Positions 60,358 through 64,000 of a DNA stretch of 64,000 nt are shown piece by piece. The position numbers and the translations under genes were made by a program. The first letter of the stretch is position 1; each line of letters opens with the position of its first letter. The DNA is from an uncultured delta proteobacterium (GTDB lineage: Bacteria; Myxococcota_A; Polyangia; Haliangiales; Haliangiaceae). The DNA is taken from contig CAWKDB010000002.1 of NCBI GenBank assembly GCA_963848295.1, forward strand, positions 1 to 64,000, given 5' to 3'. The notes under the pieces are model-generated. The model was not told the DNA's origin, did no database searches, and was given only the letters and a program-made list of their open reading frames with translations.

Positions 60358-62298
60358 GTGGCCGAGGACAAGAAGACCCAGATAGGGCCGCCGGTCGGCC
60401 ATCGCGCGGGTCGTCCCACGGGACCTGAGGCCATGGCCGTCGCGACCACGACGCCAGCGCCGACCGGGACCCCGGCGCCGGTGGTGCCCGCGCCCGTCGC
60501 GTCGGGAACGACCGCGCCCGACCCGTCGCCGCCGGTCCAGCGCTCGACGTCGTACGTGCCACAGACCGAGGATCCGCTGATCGGCAAGACGCTCGCCGAG
60601 CGCTACATCATTCGCCGCAAGCTCGGTGAAGGCGGCATGGGCGCGGTGTACCTCGCGACCCACTTGCTGCTCGAGAAGCAGGTCGCGCTCAAGATCTTGC
60701 ATGGCGAATTCGCGCGCAAGCCGGATCTCGTCACCCGCTTCATGCAGGAAGCGAAAGCGGCGTCGCGGATTCGCCACGAGAACGTGATCGACATCAGCGA
60801 TTTCGGCTCGACTCCCGACGGGCTCGTGTTCTTCGCGATGGAGCTACTCGACGGCCATGACCTGCACGAGCTCGTCGCCCGCGCCCGGCTCGAGGGCTCG
60901 CTGTTGCCGTGGTCGCGCTCGAAGCGGATCTTCCTGCAGATCTGCGGCGCGCTCACCGCGGCGCACGCGCAAGGCATCGTGCACCGCGATCTCAAGCCGG
61001 AGAACATCTACCTCGTCGACTTTCTCGGCGATCCGGACTTCGTCAAGTTGCTCGACTTCGGCATCGCGAAGCTGACCGAGGCCGCGGACGCCGGCGAGCG
61101 CAAGCTCACGCGCACCGGCATGTTGTTCGGCACGCCCGAGTACATGTCACCCGAACAAGCGCGTGGCGAGAACGTCGATCACCGCGTCGACATCTACGCG
61201 ATGGGCTGCATCCTCCATCAGCTCGTCACCGGTCGCGTCCCGTTCGAGGCCGACAACTTCATGGGCGTGCTCAGCCTGCACCTGACCGAGGCGCCGAAGC
61301 GCGTGCCCGACGACGTCCTCGACCGCATCGAGGCACCGCGCGCCCTCGCCGACGTGATCGACCGCGCCCTCGCGAAGGATCGCAACGTCCGCTATCAGAC
61401 GATCGAGGAGCTCGCGAACGCGGTGCGTACGGCATCCGGCGACCCGCTGCCGGTGGCGCGCTCCGGACGCGCGGCCAGCGTACCCGGGGGCACCACACCA
61501 GCGCCGCGATCACCGAGCTCGCCCGGTGCGGCCGCGTCCGGGACGCCGGTGCCGGTCGCGCCCGAGCCGACCAATCGCACGCGGACCGCGTGGACCGGCA
61601 ACCTGAGCATTCCGGAGGAGGCCGCGCCGCAGGCCCGGGGCAAGTCCAAGGCGCCGCTCGCGCTCGCCGCGCTGGTCGTGGTCGCCGGCGCCGCGGTCGC
61701 GATCGTGATGGCGACCCGCGGCGGTGGGAGCTCGGCGGCGACCCCGGGCTCGGCGAGCACCGCGCCGATCGCGCAGGTGCCGACGTTCGCCGACGCCGCG
61801 ATCGCTCCGCCGCCGCCGCCCCCCGAGCCGAAGCTGCCCGAGACCGTCGCGATCAACCTCGACTCGCTGCCGCAGGGGGCGACGGTCGTCGAGCTCGCGA
61901 CCGGCAAGCCGGTGGGCAAGACCCCGCTGACGCTTCACGTCCCGGGCAGCCACACCGCGCGGCAGTACATGTTCCAGCTCCGCGGTCACGGCGATCAGCC
62001 ACTCGAGCTCGTGCCCGATCACGGCCCGATCGACTTCACGATGCCGATGAAGAAGGGCGCCGGCTCCGGGCCCCCGCTGCACGTCCCCGGGACGATCGCG
62101 AAGCATCAGGAGCCCGGCCCCGGCCCCGGATCGGCGGCGGTGACGACCGTCCCGGTCACGCACCCCGACGGCGCCGATTCGGATGCCTCCAAGCCCGAGA
62201 CCAAGCCAGCGACCAAGCCCGACGCGAAGAAGCCCGACCACGACTGCTCGGACGACGATCCGCCGTGCCTCAAGCAATTCCCCGGCAGTAATCCGTGA
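60358..62298 (+). CDS. Membrane Ser/Thr protein kinase with an extracellular PEGA-like domain
   Basis: LGEGGMGAVY, HRDLKPEN, DFGIAK, GTPEYMSPE, one TM, SLPQGATV..GKTP. Confidence 0.93.
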   Translation: MAEDKKTQIGPPVGHRAGRPTGPEAMAVATTTPAPTGTPAPVVPAPVASGTTAPDPSPPVQRSTSYVPQTEDPLIGKTLAERYIIRRKLGEGGMGAVYLATHLLLEKQVALKILHGEFARKPDLVTRFMQEAKAASRIRHENVIDISDFGSTPDGLVFFAMELLDGHDLHELVARARLEGSLLPWSRSKRIFLQICGALTAAHAQGIVHRDLKPENIYLVDFLGDPDFVKLLDFGIAKLTEAADAGERKLTRTGMLFGTPEYMSPEQARGENVDHRVDIYAMGCILHQLVTGRVPFEADNFMGVLSLHLTEAPKRVPDDVLDRIEAPRALADVIDRALAKDRNVRYQTIEELANAVRTASGDPLPVARSGRAASVPGGTTPAPRSPSSPGAAASGTPVPVAPEPTNRTRTAWTGNLSIPEEAAPQARGKSKAPLALAALVVVAGAAVAIVMATRGGGSSAATPGSASTAPIAQVPTFADAAIAPPPPPPEPKLPETVAINLDSLPQGATVVELATGKPVGKTPLTLHVPGSHTARQYMFQLRGHGDQPLELVPDHGPIDFTMPMKKGAGSGPPLHVPGTIAKHQEPGPGPGSAAVTTVPVTHPDGADSDASKPETKPATKPDAKKPDHDCSDDDPPCLKQFPGSNP

Positions 62299-63188
62299 TG
62301 CGCACGGGACGCGCGCGCGTCGGCGAGGTCGAGCTCGCGTACGACCTGTTCGGCACGAGTGGCCGCCCGCTCGTGTTGGTCATGGGCATCGCGACGCAAC
62401 GGATCTTCTGGGACGACAGGTTCTGCGAGCGGTTCGTCGCCGCCGGGTTCCACGTCGTCCGGTTCGATCATCGCGATACCGGCGAGTCGACCCGGATGTC
62501 GGGGCGCGCGCCGTCGCCGGTATCGAGCCTCGTTCGCCGCCTGCTCAATCAAAAGGTCGCGGCGCCGTACTCGCTCAGCGATCTCGCGAACGATGTCGCC
62601 GGCCTGATCGACGCGCTCGGCTGGCGCGACGCCCACATTTTCGGCAGCTCGCTCGGCGCGATGGTCGGCCAGCATCTCGCGTTCGAGCAACCCCATCGGG
62701 TGCGCTCGCTGACGTCGGCGCTGTCGACGCCGGGCTCGCGGCGCTACTTGCCGGAGCCGCGTGCGCTCGCCGCGTTGTTCCAGCCGAATCCGCGCACCCC
62801 GGAAGAGGCAGGGCAGGCGCTCGAACGTGCGTTCTCGGTGCTCGGCAGCCCGGTGTGGCCTCCGAACAACGAACGCCTGCGCCGGGTCGGTGCGCAGATG
62901 TTCGAACGCGGCTCGAACCCCGACGGCATGTTGCGCCAGTTCACCGCGGTACTCGCATCCGGCGATCGCACGCCGCGGCTCGGCGAGGTGCGCGCGCCGA
63001 CGCTCGTGATCCACGGCTCGGCGGATCCGATGTTCTCGCTCTCGGCCGGTCGCGCGGTCGCGCGGCTGATTCCCAATGCAACGTGGCTGCCGATCGCCGG
63101 GATGGCGCACGACATGCCCGAGCCGTTGTGGCCGATGATGGTCGCCGCGATCGCGCGTCACGCCGAGCGCGCCGACCGGGCTGCGTAA
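62295..63188 (+). CDS. Alpha/beta hydrolase
   Basis: RFDHRDTGES, GSSLGAM, PTLVIHGSADP and GMAHD. Confidence 0.9.
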   Translation: MMRTGRARVGEVELAYDLFGTSGRPLVLVMGIATQRIFWDDRFCERFVAAGFHVVRFDHRDTGESTRMSGRAPSPVSSLVRRLLNQKVAAPYSLSDLANDVAGLIDALGWRDAHIFGSSLGAMVGQHLAFEQPHRVRSLTSALSTPGSRRYLPEPRALAALFQPNPRTPEEAGQALERAFSVLGSPVWPPNNERLRRVGAQMFERGSNPDGMLRQFTAVLASGDRTPRLGEVRAPTLVIHGSADPMFSLSAGRAVARLIPNATWLPIAGMAHDMPEPLWPMMVAAIARHAERADRAA

Positions 63189-63202
63189 CCCGGGCCCTCG
63201 GC

Positions 63203-63580
63203 CTACCGCAGCTCGCGCTCGAGCGGCACCGTCACCGTCGCGCCTTCTTCGACATGAACGTGGCGCACGACGTGGCGCGGGCCGCCGCGCGAATCGAGAT
63301 CGATCCGAAGCTCGCCGTCGCTGCCCGGCAGCAGCGCTTCGAATTGCCATCGTCCTGGCAGGCTGCCCTCGCCGTTGTGGTGGAACGTCGAGACCTCGTC
63401 GTCGCCGACCCACAGCTCGGCATCGACCGACCGCACCTGGTCGACCGCGCGGCCGAAGTCGAGCACGATCGTCGCGTGCGAGTGCTCGCCCTTGTTGCAG
63501 CTATCGCGCGCGAGCAGGACGATCGCGACGCCTAACGCGACCGGCGCGACGTACTTGCGGAACACTTCGCGGCGCGACAC
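63203..63580 (-). CDS. Hypothetical membrane-anchored protein
   Basis: N-terminal hydrophobic segment followed by a beta-rich domain. Confidence 0.6.
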   Translation of the reverse strand: MSRREVFRKYVAPVALGVAIVLLARDSCNKGEHSHATIVLDFGRAVDQVRSVDAELWVGDDEVSTFHHNGEGSLPGRWQFEALLPGSDGELRIDLDSRGGPRHVVRHVHVEEGATVTVPLERELR

Positions 63581-63631
63581 CGGTGCTTACTACCACGCGA
63601 GCCGCCGCCCGTCCGGTACGATATGGGCGCC

Positions 63632-63714
63632 GCGCGGGTGGTGGAATGGTAGACACGGGGGCCTTAAAAGCCCCTGCCCGAAAGGGCATGCGGGTTCGAG
63701 TCCCGCCCCGCGCA
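63632..63714 (+). tRNA. tRNA-Leu, anticodon TAA
   Basis: Acceptor stem GCGCGGG/CCCGCGC + A; D arm GTGGAATGGTAGACAC; anticodon stem GGGGC-CTTAAAA-GCCCC; long variable arm GCCCGAAAGGGC; T arm GCGGGTTCGAGTCCCGC; CCA not encoded. Confidence 0.97.
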
Positions 63715-64000
63715 CGAAGGATGCGAGCGATTCCGTCGACGTAACGGAGTCACCCCGCTCTGTTGGCACACCGTTGCCACGGAGTCGCGCTTGCCGCGGA
63801 GTCGCATGTCGACCGCGCGCGCTGGCGGCGCGATGACGACGCGAGCTCCGAGCTGAGCGACGACTCGCCGGCTCGGGTCGAGCAGCTCGGCGCCCGCCGT
63901 GAGGACGTCGTCGGGGATCGGCCACGCGTGCGCTTCGGCGTGGTGGCAGTAGCGGAGCGTCATCCCCATGTCGGCGTGCCCGAGCCACGCCTGCAACCGG
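63664..64000 (-). CDS. Tyrosine recombinase/integrase, C-terminal end (starts beyond the window)
   Basis: LQAWLGHADMGMTLRY box II motif (LGH...T..Y); reads toward and into the tRNA. Confidence 0.85.
   Translation of the reverse strand, partial: RLQAWLGHADMGMTLRYCHHAEAHAWPIPDDVLTAGAELLDPSRRVVAQLGARVVIAPPARAVDMRLRGKRDSVATVCQQSGVTPLRRRNRSHPSCAGRDSNPHALSGRGF

Noticed and set aside
63632..63714. bldA-like control through rare TTA codons
   Set aside because: In-frame TTA codons occur in regulators (11592, 23014) but also in hutI, the TPR genes and a lipoprotein (54151), so no selective pattern is supportable without genome-wide counts.

Overview
High-GC bacterial DNA whose gene content points to a myxobacterium-like (Myxococcota) host. 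That lineage is inferred from eukaryote-like Ser/Thr kinases, giant TPR proteins and many lipoproteins. About 1-22 kb looks accessory. It holds a probable recombinase C-terminal remnant at the left edge, a complete IS66 with terminal repeats and target duplication splitting a SnoaL-like gene, and a toxin-first AbiE type IV toxin-antitoxin pair. It also holds an MscS channel coupled to a membrane P-loop ATPase, SDR/regulator pairs, several headless gene fragments and a His-rich protein. At 23-26.5 kb is the strongest candidate for an undescribed system: two receivers, a CheA-like kinase with no adjacent MCP/CheW/CheR/CheB, two STAS-like paralogs (only one keeps the phospho-Ser) and an anti-sigma-type kinase. 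The rest is more core-like: a kinase-ATPase-TPR protein, a ferritin-like protein, a K+-independent membrane pyrophosphatase, and hutU/hutI/hutH interrupted by an SPFH-RHH cassette and marked by a 3-copy ~30-bp repeat. After these come two giant TPR genes (the second frameshifted), a lipoprotein/metallopeptidase pair, and tRNA-Leu(TAA) overlapped by the 3' end of a tyrosine integrase. All family calls come from motif recognition by eye, not database searches.
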